Shown here: piece after piece, positions 54,086-63,155 of the stretch
Layout of the letters: each line of letters begins with the position of its first letter
How positions within the stretch are numbered: the stretch's first letter is position 1
From: Pseudomonadota bacterium
GTDB taxonomy: Bacteria > Pseudomonadota > Gammaproteobacteria > Pseudomonadales > Pseudohongiellaceae
Reading direction: 5' to 3'
DNA length: 64,000 nt
Assembly (NCBI GenBank): GCA_040384465.1
Contig: JAZKJF010000009.1
Span: 2,129 to 66,128 of the forward strand
Notes under the pieces: generated by a model
Database searches by the model: none
Told to the model about the DNA's origin: nothing
What the model saw: only the letters and a program-made list of their open reading frames with translations
Translations under genes and position numbers: made by a program

Positions 54086-55165
54086 TTAGCGGATCGCCAC
54101 CGCGCGCAGGCGGTGGTTCTCGCTGTCGGTCACGTAGAGCACGCCGTCACGCACGCACACGCCATGGGGACGCGCCAGCGCACAGCCCAGCGGATCGCCG
54201 TCCGGCCCATCGCCCACGGCGCCAGTGCCCAGCACCGAACTGATGATTCCCGACGCCAAGTCCATACGGCGGATGACGTGATTCTCGGTGTCGACAATAT
54301 AGAGGCTGTGGTCCTCAGCGGAGTAGGCAATGCCCTTCGGGCCGTTGAACGTGCAATCGATGGCTGCGCCGCCATCCCCCGTGTAACCGCTCTCGCCAGT
54401 ACCGGCAATGCGTTGCAGAGTCTGTGCCCGCAGATCCAGCTTGAACACCGCGTTGCCCTCGCGCAGCACCAGATACGCGTTGCCATCGTTGTCGGTGTCG
54501 AGCGAACGTGGTCCGCGCAAGTGCGTGCCAGCGAGCGCTGCGGCATCCGGCGTCTGCTCACGTTCACCGGTGCCGGACAGCGTGCTGATGGTGCCATCGA
54601 TCATGTTCACGCGACGCACCCGATGATTGCCGATGTCGCAGATCAGCAGATTGCCATCGGCGTCGAAGGCGATGCTGTGAGGCTGACGCAGCTGGGCGCG
54701 ATTGGCAGGTCCGGCGTCGCCGGAGAAACCCGCCTCGCCAGTACCGGCGACGGTGGAGACGATACCGGTGACTGCATCGACGCGGCGCACCACATGCGCA
54801 TCGCGCTCAACGACAAACAGGTGGCCGTCTTTATCAAAGCGGATCTCGTGCGGGGCGGAGAACGACGCGGCGAGCGCGGCACCACCGTCGCCCGTGTAAG
54901 CCTTCTGACCATTCCCGGCGAGAGTGGTGAGCAGACCGTCGCCCAGACTCAGGCGCCGGGTAAGGCCGGTATCGACTTCGCAGAAATACAGCGCGCCGTC
55001 CGGACCGAAGACGATGCCATAGGGATTGATGATGGGCGCCGTGACGCCGCCACCGGCGATAGTGCGTACCTGATTGGCCTGTTGTGCACGCAGAGGGAGC
55101 GGCAAGGTGGCGAGCGCCGCAGCAGCGGTCATTGTTCTCAGCAATTCTCGTCGTGAAAGCGGCAT
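54086..55165 (-). CDS. NHL-repeat beta-propeller protein, Tat-exported
   Basis: MPLSRRELLRTMTAAAALATL is the Tat signal. Five to six repeats follow the pattern P.GIAFD.DGNL...D..NHR.RRV....G.I.T.AGTG..G..GDGG. Confidence 0.75.
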   Translation of the reverse strand: MPLSRRELLRTMTAAAALATLPLPLRAQQANQVRTIAGGGVTAPIINPYGIVFGPDGALYFCEVDTGLTRRLSLGDGLLTTLAGNGQKAYTGDGGAALAASFSAPHEIRFDKDGHLFVVERDAHVVRRVDAVTGIVSTVAGTGEAGFSGDAGPANRAQLRQPHSIAFDADGNLLICDIGNHRVRRVNMIDGTISTLSGTGEREQTPDAAALAGTHLRGPRSLDTDNDGNAYLVLREGNAVFKLDLRAQTLQRIAGTGESGYTGDGGAAIDCTFNGPKGIAYSAEDHSLYIVDTENHVIRRMDLASGIISSVLGTGAVGDGPDGDPLGCALARPHGVCVRDGVLYVTDSENHRLRAVAIR

Positions 55166-55191
55166 GGCGGTGCTCCTGTTGTTATTTAGGG

Positions 55192-55356
55192 TCGCCTGCA
55201 GGGCAGGCTCTTACAGCCTGTAGGAGCCTGCCCTGCAGGCGACTAGGAATCTGCCCTGTACGAGCCTGCCCTCCAGGCGATTTGGAATCTGCCCTGTAGG
55301 AGCCTGCCCTGCAGGCGACTTGGAATCTGCCCTGTAGAGCCTGCCCTGCAGGCGAC
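55192..55356. repeat. REP-like family 2 cluster: one inverted copy followed by a 4-unit tandem array (38-bp period)
   Basis: Inverted copy at 55192-55216. Direct units start at 55217, 55255, 55293 and 55331. The 24-nt core is cctgtaggagcctgccctgcaggcga and the near-identical 14-nt linker is c/t-t-a/t-ggaatctgc. Confidence 0.85.
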
Positions 55357-55371
55357 CGAACGCGGCACAGT

Positions 55372-55863
55372 TCATCCCAACTCGCGCATCCGGGCCACCA
55401 GCTGCTCCCGCTCTGGCAGCGCCAGCGCAAACTCCCTCAGCGCAACCACACGCTCCCGCAGCGTCGCATACACACTGGCGAAAGCCGCCGCGATCTCGGC
55501 ATCGCTGCCTTTGACCGCCGCCGGGTCGGGCAAGCCCCAATGAATGCGCGTGGCAGGTCCTGGGAATAAAGGACAACTCTCACCGGCTGCGTTGTCGCAG
55601 ACGGTGATGACGAAATCGATCACCGGAGCACCCTCGCCGGTGAACTCCGACCAGCTCTTGCTGCGGTAATTCTCCAGCACCTCATCCACGCCAGCTCCGG
55701 CGGCAATCAACTGCTGCAGGGCAAAGGGATTGACGCGACCCACTGGCTGGCTGCCGGCACTGAAAGCGCGAAACACGGGCCCGCCCTCGGAGTTGAAAAG
55801 CGCCTCGCCCATGATGCTGCGCGCGGAATTGCCGGTACACAACACCAGCACGGTGTAAGGCAT
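55372..55863 (-). CDS. arsC: arsenate reductase, LMW-PTPase/thioredoxin-coupled type
   Basis: [19 protein letters not shown]-loop plus [11 protein letters not shown] cysteines. ATG 55863 is preferred over the listed 55887. Confidence 0.88.
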   Translation of the reverse strand: MPYTVLVLCTGNSARSIMGEALFNSEGGPVFRAFSAGSQPVGRVNPFALQQLIAAGAGVDEVLENYRSKSWSEFTGEGAPVIDFVITVCDNAAGESCPLFPGPATRIHWGLPDPAAVKGSDAEIAAAFASVYATLRERVVALREFALALPEREQLVARMRELG

Positions 55864-55877
55864 GGAAGACTTTTCAC

Positions 55878-56924
55878 TCAACAGCACGCCCCTCCTTCGC
55901 TGGACACACCGCCTCCATTGCCATCAAAGGGCATCGCGTCGCCACAGCCTTCAAACAGCCCATAGTGCCGCGAGAAATCACCGATGAACTCAAAGTGCGG
56001 AGCAAAGCGCGTGCCCTTGAGCATGTGCCAGGTGTTTCCGCACACGGGGAACACGCGGCCGGTTTCGATGTAGTGATGCTTGTCCAGTTCGAAACTGCTC
56101 GCGTGCTCGGGGATAGTGCCCTTGTAGATAACGGCCTGCCCATAGTCTTCGCAGGCGCTTTCCAGCTCATCGAGTTTGAACAGCCGATAAGTGGCGGAGA
56201 AGAATTGCAGGTTGCCAACGCGAGGCTGTAGCGCCGGGTCGGTGATCTCCAGAGGACGATCCTCGGTCAGACGCGGGTCCGCAAAACCCTGCCGGATAGC
56301 GATGCGCAAAAAGTCGTTCCAGTACAGCGCACCCCCCAGACACTCGCCGTAGAGCACCGGGTCATCGCGCACCGCATCGGGCACGCGGCGGTCGGCATAC
56401 ACATCGGAGAAATAGAACTCACCACCCGGTTTGAGCAAGCGCTGCACGCCGCGCAGCACCGCGTCTTTGTCTGGCGAAAGATTGACCACACAGTTGGAGA
56501 CGATGACATCGAAGCTGCCAGGCTGCAGGTCCAACTCGTCTAGCTTCTCGATGTAGCCCTTCAGGAAACGCACATTGTCATAGCCGAAAGCCTCGGTGTG
56601 CCAGGCCTGATGCTGCTGGGCCACGGCCAGCTGTTCGTCGGTCATGTCCACACCAACGACCAGACCTGTCGGCCCTACCAGCTGCGCCAGCGCGTAGACA
56701 TCACGCCCGGTGCCACAGCCCAGATCGAGTACACGGCAGCCTTCGAGCAGTGGCGGGCACACCAGCCCACAGCCGTAATAGCGCGCCAGTACTTCGGGGT
56801 GAATGCGGGCCAGCAAGGGCTTGAGCCACTGTGGCACCTGGCTGATGTCACAGCAGGCGCTGGTCTTGAGGTCCGCCGAAGTTTGCAACTGGCGGCCGTA
56901 ATAGTCTTGAACGATGTCGTACAT
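55878..56924 (-). CDS. arsM: arsenite S-adenosylmethionine methyltransferase
   Basis: [10 protein letters not shown]...TSACC...RYYGCG...[12 protein letters not shown] matches the ArsM layout with conserved cysteines. Confidence 0.85.
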   Translation of the reverse strand: MYDIVQDYYGRQLQTSADLKTSACCDISQVPQWLKPLLARIHPEVLARYYGCGLVCPPLLEGCRVLDLGCGTGRDVYALAQLVGPTGLVVGVDMTDEQLAVAQQHQAWHTEAFGYDNVRFLKGYIEKLDELDLQPGSFDVIVSNCVVNLSPDKDAVLRGVQRLLKPGGEFYFSDVYADRRVPDAVRDDPVLYGECLGGALYWNDFLRIAIRQGFADPRLTEDRPLEITDPALQPRVGNLQFFSATYRLFKLDELESACEDYGQAVIYKGTIPEHASSFELDKHHYIETGRVFPVCGNTWHMLKGTRFAPHFEFIGDFSRHYGLFEGCGDAMPFDGNGGGVSSEGGACC

Positions 56925-57197
56925 ACTGCGGGTCTCGTGTGCTGAAAATGATCAGGAAATGAACTGGCGGGCAGTTTACACCAAGTCCGTTGTCAGTAGT
57001 TTTTCAGAAAGGAGCCAATACCCTCTGATTTAGTGCTGGTATACAGATACGGGAGCTGGCTACAATTGCCGAGAGCCCCAGCGTGTAGGAAAATTCGCAC
57101 ACGATTATTCAACCTTACATTCACATCCAGGTTCTCGCTCAAGCACCAGCAACACGGAAAGTTCACTCAGTAGCAAAGTTGACCGCACGTTTCGCCA

Positions 57198-58481
57198 GTG
57201 GACTTTATGCAAAAAATTACCGAAGAACTGCTCAGCTTGCGCACTCTGCTCGATAACGTCGGTGCCTATATTTTCACCAAGGATCTGCAAGGACGTTATA
57301 CCTACGTCAATCAACTTTGCGCGGATCTCTGGCACACAACCCCCGCGCAGTGCCTGGGTCTTTCCGACGCCCATTTCTTCGACGCCGACACCGCGCGCAT
57401 GCTGCGCGAGATTGATCTAAATGTGATCAACAGCGGTCTCACGCAAGAGCAGGAAGAGACGACTGTCGTCAAAGTGACTGGGGAGACTCGCATCTACCTC
57501 GCCGTGAAAGCGCCAATTCGCGATGAGCAAGACAACATCATTGGCCTGTGCGGAGTCTCGACCGACATCACCGCACGCAAGCAACTGGAACAAGCGTTGG
57601 CCCAGAAGAGCAACCTGCTCAACATCGTACTCGACAACATCGAAGCCAATATCTACATGAAAGACCGCGAGGGGCGTTATCTTTACGTAAACCCGCGCGT
57701 CTCCAACCTGCTGGAAACACCTCTTGAGAAAATCGTCGGGCGCACTGATCTGGAGTTGTTCCCCGGTGCTATCGGCGATGAGTTCTACCGCAACGATCAG
57801 AAAATGTTTGAAGCGGGGACCAAGCTCGCCATTGAAGAATCCTTCATCGACAAAGACGGCAGCACCCGTTACTACTGGTCCACCAAGATGCCGCTGCAGT
57901 TGCCGGGGCAACCCGAGATACTATTCGGCTTCTCGACCGACGTGACTGAACAGCATCAGCTGCGCATCGAGCTGGAACGCCGCGCCAACACCGATGCCCT
58001 CACGGGTATCTACAATCGCTTGTATTTCTATCAGGCCGCTGAGCAGGAGTTACTGCGCAGCCGTCGCTATGGCACAGCGATGTCGCTGCTGATCATCGAC
58101 ATCGATCACTTCAAGAACGTCAACGATACCTACGGTCACCAGGTGGGGGATGAGGTGCTGCGCAACATGGCTCAGCACTGCCAGAGCAGTGTGCGGGATT
58201 GCGACATTCTGGCCCGGGTCGGCGGTGAAGAGTTCGCGGTGCTAATGCCGGAAACCTCCGCAGCAGCGGCGATGATCATGGCCGAACGGCTGTGCCGTTC
58301 TTTCGAAGGATTGCTGCTGACGAAGGGGCCTGCGCCCGTCAGCATCACCATCAGTGCCGGGCTGTCCGAGTTCAAAACTTCAGATGTGCTCCTGCAAGCC
58401 ATTTTCACGCGCGCCGACAGGGCGTTGTATCAGGCCAAGGGGTTGGGACGTAATCGGGTGTGTATGGGGAGTGAGTGCTGA
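57198..58481 (+). CDS. PAS-PAS-GGDEF diguanylate cyclase
   Basis: Two PAS-like modules (YIFTKDLQGRYTYVN / IYMKDREGRYLYVN). GGDEF domain with RYGTAMSLLIIDIDHFKNVND and GGEEF. Confidence 0.9.
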   Translation: MDFMQKITEELLSLRTLLDNVGAYIFTKDLQGRYTYVNQLCADLWHTTPAQCLGLSDAHFFDADTARMLREIDLNVINSGLTQEQEETTVVKVTGETRIYLAVKAPIRDEQDNIIGLCGVSTDITARKQLEQALAQKSNLLNIVLDNIEANIYMKDREGRYLYVNPRVSNLLETPLEKIVGRTDLELFPGAIGDEFYRNDQKMFEAGTKLAIEESFIDKDGSTRYYWSTKMPLQLPGQPEILFGFSTDVTEQHQLRIELERRANTDALTGIYNRLYFYQAAEQELLRSRRYGTAMSLLIIDIDHFKNVNDTYGHQVGDEVLRNMAQHCQSSVRDCDILARVGGEEFAVLMPETSAAAAMIMAERLCRSFEGLLLTKGPAPVSITISAGLSEFKTSDVLLQAIFTRADRALYQAKGLGRNRVCMGSEC

Positions 58482-58488
58482 ATTTAGG

Positions 58489-58552
58489 TCGCCTGCAGGG
58501 CAGGCTCCTACAGGATGCCACCAGAGACTGTAGGAGCCTGCCCTGCAGGCGA
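58489..58552. repeat. REP-like element, family 2 (inverted pair)
   Basis: tcgcctgcagggcaggctcctacag (58489-58513) and ctgtaggagcctgccctgcaggcga (58528-58552). Located between convergent genes. Confidence 0.8.
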
Positions 58553-58580
58553 CAAAAGACCTACACCAAATACGCCCAAA

Positions 58581-59351
58581 TCAACGACATTCGACGCTCA
58601 TGATCTGACTCCCCCCCTGCTCCGCGCACGCCATCCGCAGATTCTCCTGCGCATCCCCATGCCCCTGCTGGGCGGCCAGGGCATACCAGCGTAGCGCAGC
58701 GACAACGTCCTGTGTGACTCCATCGCCACTGGCATACCGCAAGCCGATAATATTCTGAGCATTCGCATCGCCCTGCTCCGCCGCGCGACGATACCAGTGC
58801 GCCGCTTCCACCGTGTCCGCCACCACGCCGCGACCCTCAGCAAACATGACGCCGAGCGCGAACTGGGCGCGCACGTATTCCTGCGCGGCAGACGCCCGGT
58901 ACCAACGCAGCGCTTCGGCATCGCTCTGCCCTACCCCGAGACCGTACTCATGCATCAGACCGAGCTGGTACAGACCCCGTGCATAGCCTTGTGCAGCAGC
59001 AAGTTCGTACCAGTGCAACGCGACCGCATAATCCTGCACGACGCCCAGGCCATAGCGGGCAAGGATCCCCAGATTGGTCTGCGCCTCGGCGTTGCCCGCT
59101 TCAGCCAACGGACGCCACAGGCTGTGAGCGGTCAGGAATTCATCGTCCAGATAGGCTTGATTGGCCGCGTCCAGCGCGGTCTGCACCGTAGCAGTGTCGG
59201 GCTGATCGTCCTGGGCAAAGGTCGGCACGCTGAGCGGCGCCAGCACCACTGTAAGGATCAACACCAGCAAGAAGACACGCCACGAGCGGTCGGAGCTTCT
59301 AAGTGTGATTTGCATAGGCGACAGCAGCACGGCGGGTTGACCTCGGATCAT
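58581..59351 (-). CDS. Sel1-like repeat (SLR/TPR) protein, exported
   Basis: Repeated A..WY..AA.QG.A.AQ..LG.MY..G.GV units. The N-terminus has a hydrophobic signal. Confidence 0.85.
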   Translation of the reverse strand: MIRGQPAVLLSPMQITLRSSDRSWRVFLLVLILTVVLAPLSVPTFAQDDQPDTATVQTALDAANQAYLDDEFLTAHSLWRPLAEAGNAEAQTNLGILARYGLGVVQDYAVALHWYELAAAQGYARGLYQLGLMHEYGLGVGQSDAEALRWYRASAAQEYVRAQFALGVMFAEGRGVVADTVEAAHWYRRAAEQGDANAQNIIGLRYASGDGVTQDVVAALRWYALAAQQGHGDAQENLRMACAEQGGSQIMSVECR

Positions 59352-61069
59352 GGCGACTGGGGTGAAGTGTCGGATTGGTCTTGTGGCGCGGGAGCCACCG
59401 CCGGGACAGTCACGGTCTGCGCTGTCTGCTCTGTCTGTACAACCGGCACCCCCGGCGGCCTGCTCATTTTGATGAACCGGTCCAGATAAATAGCAGCCTT
59501 GGTAGCCTGGTCAACAATGCGGTGCAATTCGCTCATGCGCTCCAGGGTCGCGGCCATGCGCTTGGGAGGCACTTCCCCTGCTGTCCCCTCCAGCAGCATA
59601 CGCACCTTCAGCGCTTGATAATCGGTTTCAAAATTGCGGCGCTGATCACCCAGTTTGTCAGCGCTCCAGCCCGGGGCTTCCACCTGGGTGACCCCCAGCA
59701 GCTCCACCGCCCGAGCGCACAGGTTGTCCTGCGCGGCCACCAGCTCAGGCACCGGCAATTCAGTCTCTGGATGCTCCACCACCATCTCCAGCGCATGCTC
59801 GGCCACATTGACCAGATACTGCCCAACGCGCTGCGCGTCAGGCAAACCGTTGAGCACTGCGGCGGCGACACCCGCACGAGGAATACCGCTGGCGAACTCC
59901 CCGACGGCCAGATTCAGGTTCTCCAGTGCGCGGTGTCCACTTTCCAAATGCTTGTTGTCGCTGTTCTCCGCACTGATGGCCTCGCTGGCGAGATGCCGGG
60001 CCAGTGCATTCATGCGCTGCAGCTCCTGCACCAAGGCATCCATCGCAAGCATCGGCGTTGCCTGCACGTTGTGGTCGAGAAAGTGCGGACGGCTCTCGTC
60101 TTCCTCCAGCGAACGAAAATAGGTTCCCAAGCGCCGCACCAGCAGACCGGTGAGAGGCCACATGATGACGATCCCCATCAGCTTGACGAAGGTATGGAAG
60201 ATGGCCAGCGACATCGCCAGCTGATCCTGCGAACCAATGGCATTGGCCACAGTGTCGACAACCCACAGCAAGGGTTCCAGCAGCGTGAAGGCCACCACGG
60301 CGGTCACGGCATTGAAGATCACATGGGCGCTGGCAGCACGTTTCGCAGGAGCCGTCGCCCCTATCGCGGCGAACACGCCGGTCGAGGTCGTCCCGACATT
60401 GGCGCCAATCACCATCGCCGCCGCTGCAGCCAGCGGAATCAGCCCGCCAGCCGTGGCCGTCAAGATGATGGCCAGCGCAGCACTGGAGGACTGCACCAGC
60501 AAAGTCATGACAATCCCGAGGCCAACGAACAGCAACAGACTCAGCACGCCTTCGCCTGCCCAGCTGCCAAGCGCAATGGCATCCCCTAATCCGGCAAAGG
60601 CGTCACGCAGCACATCGACGCCCAGAAAGAACAGTCCAAACCCGGTGAGCGCCTGCCCCAAACCTGCTATGCGTTTCGAGCGCACCACAACGGACAGCGT
60701 CATGCCGATGCCAATCGCAGGCAGTGACAGCGCCTGCAAGTCCACATTGAAACCCACCAGCGCAACGATCCATGAAGTCAGCGTAGTGCCGAGGTTGGCA
60801 CCATAGATCACGCCCACGGCCTGCATGAGCGACAGCAGCCCCACATTGACGAAACCGATTGTCGTAAAGATGACAGCGCTGGAGGACTGCACGATGGCAG
60901 TGATCAGCACCCCGGAGACCAATGCGCGCAGACGGCTGTGCGTGGCAGCTTCGAGCACAGAGCGCAGCGTATCGCCCGCTGCTGTGGTCAGGCCCTCCGT
61001 CATCAGGCGCATGCCCAGCAGGAAGAGCCCGATTCCTCCGAGAAATGTTAAAACTGCCGCAATACTCAC
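59348..61069 (-). CDS. Na/Pi cotransporter family protein (NptA/YjbB-like with PhoU-like C-terminal domain)
   Basis: 573 aa. Duplicated QSSSA motifs (IVQSSSAVIF, LVQSSSAALA) in the TM region, followed by a helical cytoplasmic C-terminus. Confidence 0.88.
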   Translation of the reverse strand: MSIAAVLTFLGGIGLFLLGMRLMTEGLTTAAGDTLRSVLEAATHSRLRALVSGVLITAIVQSSSAVIFTTIGFVNVGLLSLMQAVGVIYGANLGTTLTSWIVALVGFNVDLQALSLPAIGIGMTLSVVVRSKRIAGLGQALTGFGLFFLGVDVLRDAFAGLGDAIALGSWAGEGVLSLLLFVGLGIVMTLLVQSSSAALAIILTATAGGLIPLAAAAAMVIGANVGTTSTGVFAAIGATAPAKRAASAHVIFNAVTAVVAFTLLEPLLWVVDTVANAIGSQDQLAMSLAIFHTFVKLMGIVIMWPLTGLLVRRLGTYFRSLEEDESRPHFLDHNVQATPMLAMDALVQELQRMNALARHLASEAISAENSDNKHLESGHRALENLNLAVGEFASGIPRAGVAAAVLNGLPDAQRVGQYLVNVAEHALEMVVEHPETELPVPELVAAQDNLCARAVELLGVTQVEAPGWSADKLGDQRRNFETDYQALKVRMLLEGTAGEVPPKRMAATLERMSELHRIVDQATKAAIYLDRFIKMSRPPGVPVVQTEQTAQTVTVPAVAPAPQDQSDTSPQSP

Positions 61070-61158
61070 ATGATTCCTTGCACAGAGGTGGATTGATCCG
61101 AAGGCTTGCGGCTAGAGTATAAAGGCCAGCAACAATACCCACAGGAATTTTTCACGAC

Positions 61159-61824
61159 ATGGCCATTTTGCGGGACCCCAATATCAAGGTCGTCATCTTT
61201 GACTGGGACGGCACCATCGTCGACTCCATCGAACACATCGCCACCAGCCTGCATCTTGCAGCCACCGAGCTGGGTTTCCCGACGTTGGAAAAATCCGCCT
61301 ATCGCAACATCATCGGGCTTGGCATGGTCGACGCACTCAAGACACTCTACCCCGCCCTCGACAACCAGGAGATCGAGGCCATTCGCGAAGCTTACGGCCG
61401 CTATTTCTTTTCCAAAGAAGCCACTCCGCAGCAGATTTTCGCGGGCATGACCGAAGTGTTGAGTGACTTGCGTGGCGCTGGTCGGGGCCGTGCCGTCGCC
61501 ACTGGCAAGAGCCGCCGAGGCCTAGACCACGCGCTGCAGACCAGCGGCCTGCTGTCCCACTTCGACGTCTCTCGCTGTGCCGATGAGACGCGCTCTAAAC
61601 CTGACCCGGCGATGCTGCTGGAGATTCTGCACTTCTACAATCTGTCCCCGCACCAGGCCGTGATGATCGGCGACACCACCTATGACCTGGAGATGGCGCA
61701 GCGCATCGGCATGCCGGCTATCGGCGTACGCTGGGGAGTGCACGACGACGAAGCCCTGGGCCGTTTCGGGCCGCAGACCATCGTGGGATCGGTTGAGGAA
61801 CTGCGGCGCGTGCTGGATTTGTAA
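61159..61824 (+). CDS. HAD-superfamily hydrolase (phosphoglycolate phosphatase-like)
   Basis: VVIFDWDGTIVDS motif I, ATGKSR motif and GDTTYDLEMA motif IV. Confidence 0.85.
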   Translation: MAILRDPNIKVVIFDWDGTIVDSIEHIATSLHLAATELGFPTLEKSAYRNIIGLGMVDALKTLYPALDNQEIEAIREAYGRYFFSKEATPQQIFAGMTEVLSDLRGAGRGRAVATGKSRRGLDHALQTSGLLSHFDVSRCADETRSKPDPAMLLEILHFYNLSPHQAVMIGDTTYDLEMAQRIGMPAIGVRWGVHDDEALGRFGPQTIVGSVEELRRVLDL

Positions 61825-61851
61825 GGGGTGTTGTTGATGGAGCGTCGAGAG

Positions 61852-62187
61852 TCAGTCTTTTGAGTGCTCTTTCTCTTCGCGAGGCTCCGGCTGAGGTTCT
61901 TGAGCAGCCCCTTGTGAACGCTCAGCGCGCGGGCGCAGCACCGTCGCGTTCAGCAGCACAGTCGCCAGACGGGTCAAGAGATTGATCGTCATGGTCGGGT
62001 GACGCATCAGAAAACGCATGAACTGGCTACTCGGGTAGCGGAAACGGCGCTTGCCAGGACGACGACTGAGCTTGATAGCGATCAGCGTCCGCTGCATCTG
62101 CAGCCGCACGCGCAGGTCGGCGATCTGTTGCTCCATCGGTGGTTGGTGGGGTTGTTGAGCAGAGTGTTGCAGAGACGACTCGTCCAT
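61852..62187 (-). CDS. YqjK-like small protein
   Basis: 111 aa from ATG 62187, with an ATGA overlap onto the upstream gene's stop. It is third in a DUF883 / holin-like / YqjK-like trio. The listed 206-aa ORF is an unlikely extension. Confidence 0.5.
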   Translation of the reverse strand: MDESSLQHSAQQPHQPPMEQQIADLRVRLQMQRTLIAIKLSRRPGKRRFRYPSSQFMRFLMRHPTMTINLLTRLATVLLNATVLRPRAERSQGAAQEPQPEPREEKEHSKD

Positions 62188-62654
62188 CACAGGCTCTCCC
62201 TCAACATTGCCAGATCGGCTTCTAGCTCGGCGCGAGTCGCCGCAAAAGCCCGTGCGCTGGCAGCGGCAAGCCGCTGAAACTGCCACCAGCAATACGTGGT
62301 GATGCCGGCATACACCAGAGTCAATGCCACCAGCACGTGTATTCGATAAGGCATGTCCCAGCTGAGCAACAGCACCAGCGCTCCGAATGCCAGCATGGCG
62401 CAGAGCAGAGCAGAGACACCCAGCAAGGTCAGCAACAGCATCTTGTGCAGCCGATCCTTCTCCTGCGCCCACTCCAGCTGGATCAGCTGACCGTGCAGCG
62501 AACCCTGTACCAGCAGCGCACCGCCAGCCTTGCGCAAGATCCGCAGTATGTGCAGGGCATCCATGGCCGCAGCCTGCTCCTCGGGGCCAGCGTCCTCTTC
62601 CACTGCTTCGATCTGCTCGTCCTCTTCTTCCAGTGCGCTACGGCTCATGCTCAA
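62187..62654 (-). CDS. YqjE-like (DUF1469, 'phage holin family') membrane protein
   Basis: 155 aa. Acidic N-terminus and two TM helices. The position after the DUF883 gene mirrors E. coli yqjD-yqjE-yqjK. Confidence 0.6.
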   Translation of the reverse strand: MSMSRSALEEEDEQIEAVEEDAGPEEQAAAMDALHILRILRKAGGALLVQGSLHGQLIQLEWAQEKDRLHKMLLLTLLGVSALLCAMLAFGALVLLLSWDMPYRIHVLVALTLVYAGITTYCWWQFQRLAAASARAFAATRAELEADLAMLRESL

Positions 62655-62962
62655 CGCCTCGACAACAGCATACCGATTATCACCCCCACGGCAGCGCCGA
62701 TCGCGACAGCTTCCCAGGGTTTGGCATTCACATATTCGTCGGTGGCTGCGGCGGCCTTGGTCGCCTGCCCGGCGAGCACGCCTCCCATGACACTGGTGCC
62801 CAGTTTGGCGAGCGCGATACGCTCGCGCAGCTTCTCGCTGGCACGCGTCAAATCATCGCCCGTGAGCGTCGAAGTCTCCTTGATCAGCTCTTCGATATCC
62901 TGCACGAACTTCTGAAACTCGCCGCCATCAACCGTCTCTGTCTGTTCTGTTTTGGTGACCAT
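62651..62962 (-). CDS. DUF883 family ribosome-associated membrane-anchored protein (ElaB/YqjD-like)
   Basis: 103 aa. Helical N-terminus and the C-terminal tail anchor KPWEAVAIGAAVGVIIGMLLSRR. Confidence 0.8.
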   Translation of the reverse strand: MVTKTEQTETVDGGEFQKFVQDIEELIKETSTLTGDDLTRASEKLRERIALAKLGTSVMGGVLAGQATKAAAATDEYVNAKPWEAVAIGAAVGVIIGMLLSRR

Positions 62963-63155
62963 CGTCGCGTCCTTGTAGAGTGCTTTGGATAAATCTCAGG
63001 AGATTGGATGCTACCTTTCAATCCGGGGCAGAACAAGCGCAAGGAATTGTCATGGATCATGTCAACGATAGATGAATGGAGAGGTGAACATTCAAGAACG
63101 CCCTGCTATATTCCAATCCAAGCGCTACCATAAAAAATAAGACACAGAGGTGCCA

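Noticed and set aside
54029-55156. 375-aa plus-strand ORF.
   Set aside because: It is antisense to the NHL-repeat gene, which has a clear Tat signal and repeat structure. The plus-frame product has low complexity (Ala/Arg/Gly/His).
55192-55356. CRISPR-like look: a 24-nt repeat alternating with 14-nt 'spacers' at a regular 38-bp period.
   Set aside because: The 'spacers' are nearly identical to each other and far too short. The repeat is the same REP core found at six other intergenic sites. No cas genes are present. It is a tandem REP array, not CRISPR.
59375-60589. 404-aa plus-strand ORF.
   Set aside because: It is antisense to the Na/Pi cotransporter, which has duplicated QSSSA motifs and TM helices. 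It is a mirror-frame artefact.
61852-62472. 206-aa minus-strand ORF.
   Set aside because: Its first 95 codons overlap the YqjE-like gene in another frame. ATG 62187 forms an ATGA junction and yields a YqjK-sized product.
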